Origin: an uncultured cyanobacterium
GTDB taxonomy: Bacteria > Cyanobacteriota > Cyanobacteriia > PCC-6307 > Cyanobiaceae
Direction: 5' to 3'
NCBI GenBank assembly: GCA_963697335.1
Contig: CAVONQ010000018.1
Location: forward strand, 128,001-192,000
DNA length: 64,000 nt
Position numbers and translations under genes: made by a program. Positions 13,483 to 23,981 of the stretch are shown here, one piece after another. The first letter of the stretch is position 1. Each line of letters opens with the position of its first letter. The notes under the pieces are model-generated. The model searched no databases. It was not told where the DNA came from and was given only the letters and a program-made list of their open reading frames with translations.

Positions 13483-14199
13483 ATGACCGCCCAACCTATT
13501 CTTCATGTCTCAGATCTGAATGTCTACTATGGCCAAAGCCATATCCTCAGAGATGTCGATCTGTCTGTCCCTGAAGGAGAAATGGTGTGCTTGATCGGCA
13601 GGAATGGTGTGGGCAAAACCACGTTCCTCAAAACCATCATCGGTCTGCTGCAGCAACGATCTGGCTCAATCCAGTATGGCGACAAGCAGCTTCTCTCTGA
13701 GGCTCCTTACCGCCGCGCTCGTGCTGGCATCGGCTATGTCTCCCAGGGACGCGACATCATCCCCCAAGTCACGGTCAAGGAGAATTTGTTGCTCGGTATG
13801 GAGGCCCTGCCAGGCGGCTTAGGCAAGAATCGGCACATTGATCCCCTGGTCTTTGACCTCTTCCCCATCCTCGAGCAGTTCCTGGGTCGCAAGGGTGGCG
13901 ATCTCAGTGGCGGTCAGCAGCAGCAACTGGCCATTGCCCGAGCGCTGCTGGGCAAACCCAAGTTGCTGCTCCTTGATGAACCCACCGAAGGGATTCAGCC
14001 CTCCATCATCATGGACATTGAGCGGGCTGTGCAGCGGATCATGAAAGAGACGGGAATCAGCGTGCTGCTGGTGGAGCAACATCTCCACTTTGTGCGTCAG
14101 TCCAATTACTACTACGCTATGCAGCGCGGTGGGATTGTGTCCAGTGGTCCCACAGACCAACTCTCCGATGCTGTGGTCCAAGAGTTCCTCACCGTATGA
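13483..14199 (+). CDS. urtE: urea ABC transporter ATP-binding protein
   Basis: GRNGVGKT, LSGGQQQQL, LDEPTEGIQPS. Confidence 0.95.
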   Translation: MTAQPILHVSDLNVYYGQSHILRDVDLSVPEGEMVCLIGRNGVGKTTFLKTIIGLLQQRSGSIQYGDKQLLSEAPYRRARAGIGYVSQGRDIIPQVTVKENLLLGMEALPGGLGKNRHIDPLVFDLFPILEQFLGRKGGDLSGGQQQQLAIARALLGKPKLLLLDEPTEGIQPSIIMDIERAVQRIMKETGISVLLVEQHLHFVRQSNYYYAMQRGGIVSSGPTDQLSDAVVQEFLTV

Positions 14200-14243
14200 G
14201 CGCCGGACTCACTGCCTGAGATCCGCCGCAGACGACTGACGGC

Positions 14244-14525
14244 TTAACAGCCGCGGTTCACCATCCAGGGCCGGGTGCTGCTTTCCCTCAGGCGAGGTTT
14301 GCGTTCAGCGGCCTTTTCCGCCTGTTGTTGGGCGCTCACCAGGCGTGGCTCCTTGCTTTCCTGCTTGAGCCGGAAGGAGCCTGTGAGCGTCATCGGTGGA
14401 CTGAAGATGCGGCTACCCTTGGCACCGCAATCGGGACAATCGGTGTTCACCTGACGCGACTCAATACTGCGCCAGACTTCGTAGTCTTGACAGCCTTCGC
14501 TGCAGCTGAATTCATAGACGGGCAT
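14244..14525 (-). CDS. fmdB: FmdB family zinc-ribbon regulatory protein
   Basis: MPVYEFSCSEGC...CPDCG...RIFSPP...RPWM; directly downstream of formamidase. Confidence 0.85.
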   Translation of the reverse strand: MPVYEFSCSEGCQDYEVWRSIESRQVNTDCPDCGAKGSRIFSPPMTLTGSFRLKQESKEPRLVSAQQQAEKAAERKPRLRESSTRPWMVNRGC

Positions 14526-14597
14526 GGACAACCTTGGTCGTATGTTATGGGTGCCGAGGGACCTGTGCGGGCACAGATCCCCAGGCCTGAGTGTAGA

Positions 14598-15803
14598 TCA
14601 GCAGGGTAGGATGTCCTGCTCGAAGATGGAGGTGGGAATGGCGAGGGTGCAGCAGGCATTGGGAATGTCGACAATGCCACTGACGCGACCCTCCACCGGA
14701 GCACAGCTGAGCAGCATATAGGCCTGCTCGCCGCTGAAGCCAAACTTCTTCAGGTATTCAATGGCATTCAGACAGGCTCTCCGGTAGGCGATGTGCACAT
14801 CCATGTAATGCTGCTTGCCAGAAAACTCATCCACTGAAATCCCTTCAAACACCAGATAGTCGGTGAAGTGGGGCTCCACGGGGCTGGTCTTGAACATGGG
14901 ATTGACCATCCCATACTTCTCCACGCCGCCCTTGATGATTTCCACATGCAGATCGAGATAGCCAGACATCTCGATGGCGCCACAGAATGAGATCTCTCCA
15001 TCTCCCTGGGAGAAGTGGATGTCTCCCATCGAGAGCTTGGCGCCTTCCACGTAGACCGGGAAGTAAATCTTGGTGCCCTTGGTGAGGTTCTTGATGTCGC
15101 AGTTACCGCCATGCTCCCGGGGTGGAACCGTGCGGGCGGCCTCATTGGCTACACGCTCAAAGTCAGCAGCAGGCAGGCTTCCCAGGATGGCGCTGTTGGG
15201 ATTCGGCAGGGCTGCGAGCACGGGTTCGCTGCCGGAAAGCCCTGCGCCGTAGGTGCGGCGATCAGGGGCCGTGTTCACCAGCTCCGTTTCACGCCGGTTC
15301 CATTCCTTCAGCAGCTCATGGGATGGGGCGCAGCCGATCAGGCCAGGGTGGGTGATGCCGGCAAAGCGCACACCGGGTATATGGCGGGAGCTGGTGTAGA
15401 TCCCTTCCAGATCCCAGATTGACTTGCAGGCTTTGGGGAAATGGTCTGTGAGAAAGCCGCCTCCATTCTCCTTGGCAAAAATCCCGTTAAATCCCCATTC
15501 ATCGCCTTGCAAGGCACCGACATCAAGGATGTCAACAACGAGAATATCGCCGGGCTGGGCACCATTCACCCAGATCGGACCGCTCAGAACATGTACCACT
15601 TCCAGATTGACATCAGCGACGTCCTGGGGATCATCGTTGTTCTTGATCTGGCCATCGGTCCAGTCCTTGCATTCAATCCGAAAGACCTCACCAGGATTGA
15701 CGGAGGCGACGGCAGGAATGTCAGGGTGCCAGCGGTTATGGCCCGGCATCTCCTGCTGGCCCATGGACTTGGTGAGATCAATGTTGAAGAGCGTTTTGGG
15801 CAT
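14598..15803 (-). CDS. fmdA: formamidase (acetamidase/formamidase FmdA family)
   Basis: HNRWHPDIP, DWTDGQI, PPREHGGNCDIK, GDIHFSQGDGE, DIPNAC. Confidence 0.96.
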   Translation of the reverse strand: MPKTLFNIDLTKSMGQQEMPGHNRWHPDIPAVASVNPGEVFRIECKDWTDGQIKNNDDPQDVADVNLEVVHVLSGPIWVNGAQPGDILVVDILDVGALQGDEWGFNGIFAKENGGGFLTDHFPKACKSIWDLEGIYTSSRHIPGVRFAGITHPGLIGCAPSHELLKEWNRRETELVNTAPDRRTYGAGLSGSEPVLAALPNPNSAILGSLPAADFERVANEAARTVPPREHGGNCDIKNLTKGTKIYFPVYVEGAKLSMGDIHFSQGDGEISFCGAIEMSGYLDLHVEIIKGGVEKYGMVNPMFKTSPVEPHFTDYLVFEGISVDEFSGKQHYMDVHIAYRRACLNAIEYLKKFGFSGEQAYMLLSCAPVEGRVSGIVDIPNACCTLAIPTSIFEQDILPC

Positions 15804-15862
15804 TGGGCTGGGGCGTCATTCTTATTTCCTTGGCATCAAAGGCGAGGCCGCCCGTAGGAACA

Positions 15863-15876
15863 GTGTGAATGGCTAC
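15863..15876 (-). promoter_or_regulatory. putative NtcA box upstream of fmdA
   Basis: GTAGCCATTCACAC (GTA-N8-CAC) on the minus strand, about 60 nt before the fmdA start; only a weak -10 follows. Confidence 0.45.
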
Positions 15877-15935
15877 GGAACTCTCCAGAGGCCCGGTTGC
15901 TGATTGGCAGCCGTCACAGTTCGGCTTGTCGCCGC

Positions 15936-16481
15936 TTAGCGCGCAGTGCTGTCGTTAAAATCGCCCCGGCGGCAGAGATTCTCCTTCAGGCGTTGTGCCC
16001 AAGGCTGGGGCTTGATCGTGCCGCTTGTTTCTACCTTTCCGTCGAAGTAATACAGAACCTGCCAGTTTGACTTGCTGCTGAGGTCGCGTGCTTCAGCGGG
16101 CTCCTTGATGGCCCTGCCGTAGAGATTGTCGTAGGGGGGCCAGCCAGGGGTGTCCTCCAGGCTGCAGACGGCGTTGACGGCCAGCAGACTTCCAGCCTCG
16201 GGCTGGTCTGGTCCGAACAGGCGCACGGCCCCTTTGTAGAGGCCGTTGGACACGCCAGGTTGGAAGTCCAGCGCCAGCTCCACCCGTGTTCCCTCCAGTT
16301 GCACCAGGGTGTCGCCCGCCTCGGCGTTCTGAATGGCGACTTCCTTGCCGCCACCACAGGCGGCCAGCCCCAGCAGCAGGGCGAAACCCGGCAGGGTCCA
16401 CCTACGGCCCACCACTGCAACACCCACCCTGCGCCTCCATGGTTGGGCAGACCCTATGACACGTGTCTCCTGCCAGCTCAC
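15936..16481 (-). CDS. hypothetical lipoprotein
   Basis: Hydrophobic stretch plus LAAC lipobox; GTGA overlap with the upstream stop; two further Cys. Confidence 0.65.
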   Translation of the reverse strand: MSWQETRVIGSAQPWRRRVGVAVVGRRWTLPGFALLLGLAACGGGKEVAIQNAEAGDTLVQLEGTRVELALDFQPGVSNGLYKGAVRLFGPDQPEAGSLLAVNAVCSLEDTPGWPPYDNLYGRAIKEPAEARDLSSKSNWQVLYYFDGKVETSGTIKPQPWAQRLKENLCRRGDFNDSTAR

Positions 16482-17356
16482 CCCTCCCCGATCAGCTGCC
16501 GCCAGAACCGCTCAGCCTCCGGCACGGCTGTCAGCTCCTGCCCCGTCAGACTCTGGATCGGCCGGCAGCCCAGGCTGTTGAGCAGCAGCGCTCCGCTGCT
16601 GGCCGCCAGATCCGCCATCTCGACCACTGTTTCCCGGGAAAGCCCCAGTTCCAGGGCCCGGGCACGCATCACCCCGGGCAGGCAGCCGCTGCTCAGCGGC
16701 GGCGTGCACCAGCCGTTGGCCGTGCGCACCAGCAGGGTGGCGCTGGTGCCGCAGCACAATCCCCCGGCGCTGCTGGGCAGCAGGGCGTCTGCGGCGCCGG
16801 CGGCGGCCGCCTGGCGGCGGGCCTGGATGGCGCTGCCGTAGGCAAAGGTCTTGGCGCGGCTCAGCAGGCTGGTGGCGCTGCGGATTTCCGTGGGGCTCAC
16901 AATCACCGCCACCGGCTCGAAACAGGCCACGGCGGGGCTGAGCTGCAGCCAGAAGCGGTGCCGGCAGCCGGGGGGGATGGCCAGGCCGCGGGCGCCGCAG
17001 GCGGCCGGGCTGCCCCGGCTCCAGTTGAGCCGCAGGGCGCCGCTGCCGATCCCGGCGCGCACGATGGCCTCTTGGACCAGGGACTCCACCCGGGCGGGCG
17101 GCGGCGGCGGCTCCATGCCCAGCAGGGCGGCGCTGTCCCGCCAGCGGGCCATGTGTCGGGCGAGCAGCCGGGGGCGGCCGCCCTGCACAAGCACTGTCTC
17201 GAAGATGCCGTCGGCCAGCAGCAGGCCCCGGTCGCTGAGCGGCAGGCCCAGCTCCGCCGGCCGGCCCCAGCGTCCGGTGGGGGCCGGCCCGTCAATCCAG
17301 GCGATGTCCACTGGTTCGGCTCCGCCTGCGGCGGAGGAACGGCCTGGCTGTGTCAC
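16478..17356 (-). CDS. pabC: class IV aminotransferase / 4-amino-4-deoxychorismate lyase
   Basis: DRGLLLADGIFET, H..R, KT, TPPLSSGCLPGVMR; start overlaps the pabB stop (GTGA). Confidence 0.85.
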   Translation of the reverse strand: MTQPGRSSAAGGAEPVDIAWIDGPAPTGRWGRPAELGLPLSDRGLLLADGIFETVLVQGGRPRLLARHMARWRDSAALLGMEPPPPPARVESLVQEAIVRAGIGSGALRLNWSRGSPAACGARGLAIPPGCRHRFWLQLSPAVACFEPVAVIVSPTEIRSATSLLSRAKTFAYGSAIQARRQAAAAGAADALLPSSAGGLCCGTSATLLVRTANGWCTPPLSSGCLPGVMRARALELGLSRETVVEMADLAASSGALLLNSLGCRPIQSLTGQELTAVPEAERFWRQLIGEG

Positions 17357-18713
17357 GGTGCGCTGCCGGCCAGGGCTGCCAGCAGGGGCTGGAGCTTCCA
17401 GTTCAGCTCCTCGGCCTCGGCCTGGGGATCGGAATCGGCCACGATGCCGCAGCCGGCGTGGGCCCGCAGGCGCTGGCCCCGCACGAACAGCGAGCGGATC
17501 AGGATGCTGCTGTCGAAGCCCCCGGCGCCGTCCAGCCAGAACAGGGAGCCGCAGTAGGGGCCGCGGGCCACCGGCTCCAGTTCGCCCAGGCGCTGGCAGG
17601 CCCGGATCTTGGGAGCGCCGGTGATCGATCCCCCGGGCCAGCAGGCCCGCAGCAGGTCGGCCGCAGCCAGCCCAGGCCGCAGCCGGCCCCGCACCACCGA
17701 GGTGAGGTGATGCACCTGGCGGTAGCTCTCCAGCCCCAGCAGCTGGGGCACCTGCACCGAGCCGGGGCGGCACACCCGGCCCAGGTCGTTGCGCAGCAGG
17801 TCCACGATCATCACGTTCTCGGCCCGGTCCTTGTCGCTGGTGATCAGTTCGGCGGCGGCATCGGCGTCGGCGGTGGCATTGGCGTGGCGGGGACGGGTGC
17901 CCTTGATCGGCCGGGTTTCCACCTCGCCCTCGCGGCTGAGCTGCAGGAAGCGCTCCGGCGAGGCCGACAGCACCGCCTCCCCTGCCGCGCCCGCCCCACC
18001 GATGGCCAGCCCGGCGAAGGGGGCTGGACAATGGCGCCGCAGGCGCCCGTAGAGCGCCAGCAGGGTGGCGGCATCGGGGGGGCGGCCAGCTGCTGCTCGC
18101 AGCAGGCGGTGAGGTTGGCCTGGAAGAGATCGCCACTGGCGATGTGCTCCCGCAGGGCCTCCACTCCGGTGGCGAAGGCGCCGCGGGGGGTGTGCCAGCT
18201 CCAGCTCTCCAGGGGCAGCCGGGGCGGGCTGGCGGCTCCATCGGTGGCGGCATCGGCGGAGGTGGCATCGGTGGCCGCCCGCTCGAGCCGCCTGGCCAGG
18301 TGCTCCAACCGCCCGGCGTCATGGCCTTCCAGCCACTGCTGCTGCTGCCGGTGGTCGATCACCAGCAGCGGATCGGCCTGGATCGCCCAGAGCACGGCCA
18401 TCTCCGGGCTCTTCCAGTGCGGGCCGGGCTCCAGCCAGGCCCCGGCCTCGTAGGCCAGCCAGCCGAGCCAGGGCCGGCCGCTGGCCTCCAGCTCGGCCAG
18501 GGCCGCGAAGGGATCCTGGGCGCCGTCCTCGCCCGGCAGACCGCGGCAGATCCGCTCCGAGAGCGGCTCGAGGGCCAGCAGGCTTCGCCCTCCCAGGGCC
18601 GAGCCGTCCCCGTCCAGCCACACCAGGCCGGGCTGACGCAGGCTCAGCAGCAGCCGGCCCAGCAGCAACTCCGGGTCGCACCAGGGCAGCGGCCGCCGCA
18701 GCGCTGCGCTCAT
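17353..18713 (-). pseudogene. pabB: aminodeoxychorismate synthase component I (anthranilate synthase I family); one frameshift in a G7 run near 18080
   Basis: GWLAYE and GDLFQANL in frame 1; SASPERF, PIKGT, AENVMIVDLLRNDLG, GSITGAPK in frame 2. Confidence 0.88.
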
Positions 18714-19450
18714 GGCGGATGCACTGCCGGCGGGTTGGCCCCGCTGGCCAGATCTGGCCGGCCGGCTTCCACCAGGGCGGCATCGCGAATCCGGCAGCTG
18801 TCACACACCCCGCAGGGCTCGGCCTCGCCCTGGTAACAGCTCCAGGTGCTGGCGATCGGCACCCCCAGGCGCAGGGCCTCCTGCACGATGCGGGTCTTGC
18901 TCCACTGCACCAGCGGCGCCCACAGCTTCACGCCGCGGCCCTCCCGCCCGGCCCGACTGGCCAGATCCGCCAGGGTCTGAAAGGCGTCCAGGTAGTCCGG
19001 TCGGCAATCGGGGTAGCCGGAGTAGTCCACGGCATTCACCCCAAGCACCAGTCGCTCGGCGCCGCGGGCCTCGGCCAGGCTCAGCCCTAGGGCGATGAAC
19101 ACGGTGTTGCGGCCCGGCACGTAGGTGCTGGGGATCACCCCCTCCCGCACGCCGTCGCTGGGGATGGCCTGGCCCGGATCGGTGAGGGCCGAGCCGCCCC
19201 AGGCCGCCAGGTTCACGCTGATGGTGTGGTGCTCGTGCAGGCCGAGTTCGGCGGCCACCACCCTGGCGGCCTCCAGCTCACGGCGGTGGCGCTGCCCGTA
19301 ATCGAAGGAGAGGCCGATCACCCGGCAGCCAGCTTCCTGGGCCAGGGCGGCGGCGGTGGCCGAGTCCAGTCCGCCCGAGAGCAGGGCAATCGCCGTGGCG
19401 GGCTCGTTGGAGGGGCTCCGGTCGCTGACGGGGGGCGGTGCGCTGGCCAT
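18710..19450 (-). CDS. queC: 7-cyano-7-deazaguanine synthase
   Basis: [33 protein letters not shown]. Confidence 0.97.
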   Translation of the reverse strand: MASAPPPVSDRSPSNEPATAIALLSGGLDSATAAALAQEAGCRVIGLSFDYGQRHRRELEAARVVAAELGLHEHHTISVNLAAWGGSALTDPGQAIPSDGVREGVIPSTYVPGRNTVFIALGLSLAEARGAERLVLGVNAVDYSGYPDCRPDYLDAFQTLADLASRAGREGRGVKLWAPLVQWSKTRIVQEALRLGVPIASTWSCYQGEAEPCGVCDSCRIRDAALVEAGRPDLASGANPPAVHPP

Positions 19451-19494
19451 GGAGCGAGGAGGGGAGGGGGGCGAGGGACCAGCAGGTCAGCGGC

Positions 19495-20145
19495 TCAGCG
19501 GATCGACAGCCACTTGTGGCTCTGCAGGCTGAGCCGCCACTGGGGCTGGCTGCGCACGAAGGCCACAGCCATCGCCTCACCCCGGGCCGACTGCCAGCCC
19601 GGCTGCAGCAGCAGAGCCGGACGGTTGCCCAGGCCCTCGGCCCGCCGGGCCATGGCCGCCGCGAAGCTGAGGTCAGGCTCGTCGTGGATCACCACCTTGA
19701 GCTCCTGGCAGCCGGCCAGCAGGGCGTCGCCCGGCGGCCTGTGGGCCTTGGGGGAGAGGGTGATCCAGTCGAACTGGCCGCTGAGGGCATCCACGCCACT
19801 GGTTTCCAGGTGCAGGGGCAGCCCCAGGGGGGCGAGAGCCCCGCACAGGGGGGTGAGGTTGTGGTGCAGGGGTTCACCGCCCGTAATCACCACGAAGGCC
19901 GCCCCTGCGCTCGCGGCCTGGCCAGCCTCCAGCGCCAGGGCCGCCACCCCCTGGCTGGGATGGGCCGCCGCAGCCCAGGAGTGCTTGGTGTCGCACCAGC
20001 TGCAGCCCACCGAGCAGCCCGCCAGGCGGATGAAAAAGGCGCTGCGGCCTGCGTGTAGGCCCTCTCCCTGAAGTGAGTGGAAGGTTTCCACCACCGGCAG
20101 TGCGGCAGGGTCTGGCTGGGGGCCAGGGGCCACGGACACCGCCAA
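19495..20145 (-). CDS. queE: 7-carboxy-7-deazaguanine synthase (radical SAM)
   Basis: FHSLQGEG, CSVGCSWCD, ITGGEP, LSLQSHK. Confidence 0.96.
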   Translation of the reverse strand: MAVSVAPGPQPDPAALPVVETFHSLQGEGLHAGRSAFFIRLAGCSVGCSWCDTKHSWAAAAHPSQGVAALALEAGQAASAGAAFVVITGGEPLHHNLTPLCGALAPLGLPLHLETSGVDALSGQFDWITLSPKAHRPPGDALLAGCQELKVVIHDEPDLSFAAAMARRAEGLGNRPALLLQPGWQSARGEAMAVAFVRSQPQWRLSLQSHKWLSIR

Positions 20146-20297
20146 ACCTGCTGAACGACGTGACCCCCCATTCTAGGCAGCCCAGGCCTCGCCTCAGCCC
20201 CTGCCCGTTGTCTTGGCGCCAATCCCATGGGTGAGAGAATCCAGACACGGCTGTCATGGTCGTTCAGCATGCGCTGAGGTTTGCGAGGCCTGGGTCG

Positions 20298-21020
20298 ATG
20301 AGCACACCGGAACTGCCCACGCTGGCGCGCTACGGCCTGCTGAGACCTTTCCTACGCCAGCAGCTGCTGGAGGAGCTCCTGGCTCCGATCCAGCTCACTG
20401 ACGAGGAGCGGGAAGCGGCCCTGGCCCAGTTCCGCCAGGACAACGGCATCGAGGACGATGCCCAGCTGCGGGAGCTGCAACGGGCCATGCTGCTGAGCGA
20501 CGCCGACATCGACTACCAGGCCCAGTTCCCGGTGAAGGTGTGGAAATACTCGGTGGAGCAGTTCTCCGCCAAGGCGGAATCGCGCTTTCTGGCCAGCAAG
20601 GCCAACCTCGACCAGGTGGTGTACAGCCTGCTGCGCACGGCCAACGCCAACCTGGCCCGGGAGCTGTTCCTGCAGATCAGCGAAGGGGAATCGAGCTTTG
20701 ATCAGCTGGCCTCCAGCCATGCGGAGGGCCCTGAGCGCGCCACCCGCGGCATCGTGGGTCCGGTGCCCCTGGCCCAGGCCCACCCCGAACTGATGCAGCG
20801 CCTGCGCACGGCCCGACCGGGGGTGGTGCTCGAACCGTTCCCGATCGGCGAGTGGTGGCTGCTGGTAAGGCTGGAGTCGATGAAGCCGGCCAGTTTTGAC
20901 GATGAGGTGGCCGACGCCATGATCCAGGAGCTGCTCGATGAGTGGCTGGAGGAGGAAGTGGACCTGCGCCTGGCCAAGTTGGGACAGACGCCCAGGGCGG
21001 CTGTGGTGGCGGGCCGATGA
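20298..21020 (+). CDS. PpiC-type peptidylprolyl isomerase associated with type I secretion
   Basis: VVYSLLR...ELFLQISEGESSFDQLA...GIVGPVPL; ATGA-coupled to hlyB. Confidence 0.85.
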   Translation: MSTPELPTLARYGLLRPFLRQQLLEELLAPIQLTDEEREAALAQFRQDNGIEDDAQLRELQRAMLLSDADIDYQAQFPVKVWKYSVEQFSAKAESRFLASKANLDQVVYSLLRTANANLARELFLQISEGESSFDQLASSHAEGPERATRGIVGPVPLAQAHPELMQRLRTARPGVVLEPFPIGEWWLLVRLESMKPASFDDEVADAMIQELLDEWLEEEVDLRLAKLGQTPRAAVVAGR

Positions 21021-23981
21021 CCACCCAGTCCCAGCGAGCTCCGCTGCAGGCGCACCCCGCCTTCGCGGGCCTCTCTCAGGCTGCTCTCGATGGCCTGCAG
21101 GACGGTTGCCAGCGGCGCAGCTTCTCCCTGGGCGAGCCCCTCTGCCACGACAGCCTGATCCCCTCGGAGGTGCTGCTGGTGCTGGAGGGCACGGCCCGCC
21201 TGCTGGTGCGCGACCAGGGGGCCCTGCGCACCGGCGCCCGGCTCGGGCCCGGCAGCCTGGTGGGGCTGGCCTCGCTGCTGCGCGCCGCTCCCTGCGAGGA
21301 GGTGAGCGCCGCCTCCGAGCTGGAGGCCCTGGTGCTGCCCGATCAGCTGGTGCTGCAGCTCCTGGCCGAACAGCCGGGCTTTGCGGCCTGGTGTGGCTCC
21401 GAGCTGTTCACGGCGGAACTGCTGGACCTGCTCGCAGGGTTGCTGGCGCGTCAGTCCAAGGGTGGGGCCTCCCTGCTGGAGCTCCATGGCCAGGTGGCCC
21501 CGGAGGCTGTGCTGGTGGCCCCCCAGGCGGAGGCCTTGGCCACACTTCCCCCCGACCTGGTGCTGTTTGCCGCGAGCTCCAATCTGCCCGGCCAGGCCCT
21601 GGGTGCCCTTCTGGACCCCCACCTGGGGGTGCCGGCCTCACGGCCACCCCTGCCGCCCCGGTTGATCGCCCTGCCGGAGGCGCTGGTGGCAAGCCTGGCG
21701 GATCCGGTCCCTGTCGTTGCGGAACTGGAGGACGCCGAGGCTGAGCCTGGGCTGCAGCGCTCCTCCAGCCCTGGTGCCCGTGGGCGCAGGCGAGGGCCCC
21801 CAGGCCAGCCGCCTCGACCTGGGGCAGCAGCCCAGGCCGGAGCTGCGCCTGCTGCGGGGCAGCGGGCCCCTGGAGGAAACCCTCGCCTGCTTCCAGATGC
21901 TGGCGATGGAGCTGCGGCTGCCCTTCCGGCGCGACTCGATCGAGAAGATCCTGCGGGATGTGCTGCGCCGCGGCCAGACGCCGGATCTGCAGCTGTGCGG
22001 CAACATCGGCGCCCTGATGGGGCTGCACGTGAGCGGCGTGCGGGTGCCGGCCTCCCAGGGCACGCGGCTGCAGGTGCCGGCCCTGGTGCCCTGGAAGGGG
22101 GGCTTCGCCCTGGTGCGGGCCTCTGACGCCCGGGGCCTGGTGCTCGCCTCACCCCGGGATGGCTGGGTGGAAGTCGTCCCCTCGGAGCTGGAAGCGACCT
22201 TCCCGGACGGCATCGAACTGCTGCTGATGGAGCGCAGCAACAGCACCCCGGATCAGCGCTTCAACTTCAACTGGTTCTGGCCCTCCCTGAAGCGCTACCG
22301 CGGCCTGCTGCTGCAGGTGCTGGTGGCCTCCTTCGTGGTGCAGCTGTTCAGCCTCGCCAACCCGCTGCTCATCCAGGTGATCATCGACAAGGTGATTGCC
22401 CAGCGCAGCCTCGACACGCTGCAGGTGCTCGGGATGGCACTGGTGGTGGTGACCCTGATGGAGGGGTTGATCGGGGCCCTGCGCACGTTCCTGTTCACCG
22501 AAACCACCAACCGCATCGACCTGCGGCTCGGCGCTGAGGTGATCGATCACCTGTTGCGCCTGCCCCTGGGCTATTTCGACCGCCGCCCGGTGGGCGAGCT
22601 GGGCACCCGGGTGGCCGAACTGGAGAACATCCGCGAATTCCTCACCGGCCAGGCCCTCACCACCCTGCTCGACACCGCCTTTTCGGTGATCTACATCGTG
22701 GTGATGCTGTTCTACAGCTGGCTGCTGACCCTGATTGCCCTCTGTGTGCTGCCGATTCAGGTGGGGCTCACGGTGCTGGGGGCGCCCCTGTTCCGGCGTC
22801 AGTATCGCCAGGCGGCCGAGGAGAACGCCCGCACCCAGAGCCACCTGGTGGAGGTGCTCACCGGCATTCAGACGGTGAAGGCCCAGAACGTGGAAATGAT
22901 CAGCCGCTGGAAGTGGCAGGACCTCTACTCCCGCTACATCGCCCGCAGCTTTGAGAAGACGATCACCGGCACGGCCCTGGTGGAAACCTCCCAGGTGCTG
23001 CAGAAGCTCTCCCAGCTGTTGGTTCTCTGGGTGGGGGCAAGCCTGGTGCTCAAGGGCGAGATGAGCCTGGGCCAGCTGATCGCCTTCCGGATCATTTCCG
23101 GTTATGTCACTCAGCCGCTGCTGCGCCTCTCCTCCATCTGGCAGAACATCCAGGAGCTGAAGGTGTCCTTTGAGCGCCTGGCCGATGTGGTGGACACTCC
23201 AGAGGAATCCAATGAGGCAGACAAGCAGAAGATCCCCTTGCCGCCGATTGACGGGGATGTGGCCTTCCGCGATGTGACGTTCAGCTTCGAACCCGGTTCA
23301 CCGCCGGTGCTGCGCCACGTGGATCTGCAGATTGCCGCCGGCACCTTCGTGGGGGTGGTGGGCCAGAGCGGCAGCGGTAAGAGCACCCTGATGAAGCTGC
23401 TGACCCGGCTCTACTCGCCCAACGAGGGCAAGATCCTGATCGACGGCTACGACATCGACAAGGTGGAGCTCTACTCGCTGCGCCGCCAGATCGGCATCGT
23501 GCCCCAGGAGCCCCTGCTGTTCAGCGGCTCCGTGGCCGAGAACATTGCCCTCACCGATCCCGATGCCAGTAGTGATGCGATCGTCGAGGCAGCACGCCTG
23601 GCCTGCGCCCACGACTTCATCATGGAGCTGCCGGGCGGCTACAGCGCCAATGTGGGTGAGCGCGGTGCTGGCCTCTCGGGCGGGCAACGCCAGCGCCTCG
23701 CCCTGGCCCGCACCCTGCTGTCGCGCCCGAAGCTGCTGGTGCTCGATGAGGCCACCAGCGCCCTCGACTACGACACCGAGCGGCGCGTCTGCGACAACCT
23801 GCTGGAGAACCTGCGCCACTGCACGGTGTTCTTCATCACCCACCGCCTCTCCACCATCCGCCGGGCAGATCTGATCGTGATGCTTCAGGATGGGGCGGTG
23901 GTTGAGACAGGCACCCACGACCAGCTGATCGAGCAGCGTGAGCGCTATTACGCGCTCTACCGCCAGCAGGAGGCGTCGTGA
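21017..23981 (+). pseudogene. hlyB: type I secretion ABC transporter (cNMP-binding + C39-like + ABC); one frameshift near 21760
   Basis: N-terminal cNMP-like domain in one frame; QVIIDKV, GQSGSGKS, LSGGQRQR, LDEATSALD in the second frame. Confidence 0.88.

Noticed and set aside
16478..18322. 614-aa ORF suggesting a PabB-PabC fusion
   Set aside because: Its N-terminal half is off-frame low-complexity sequence over pabB; pabC starts at GTG 17356.
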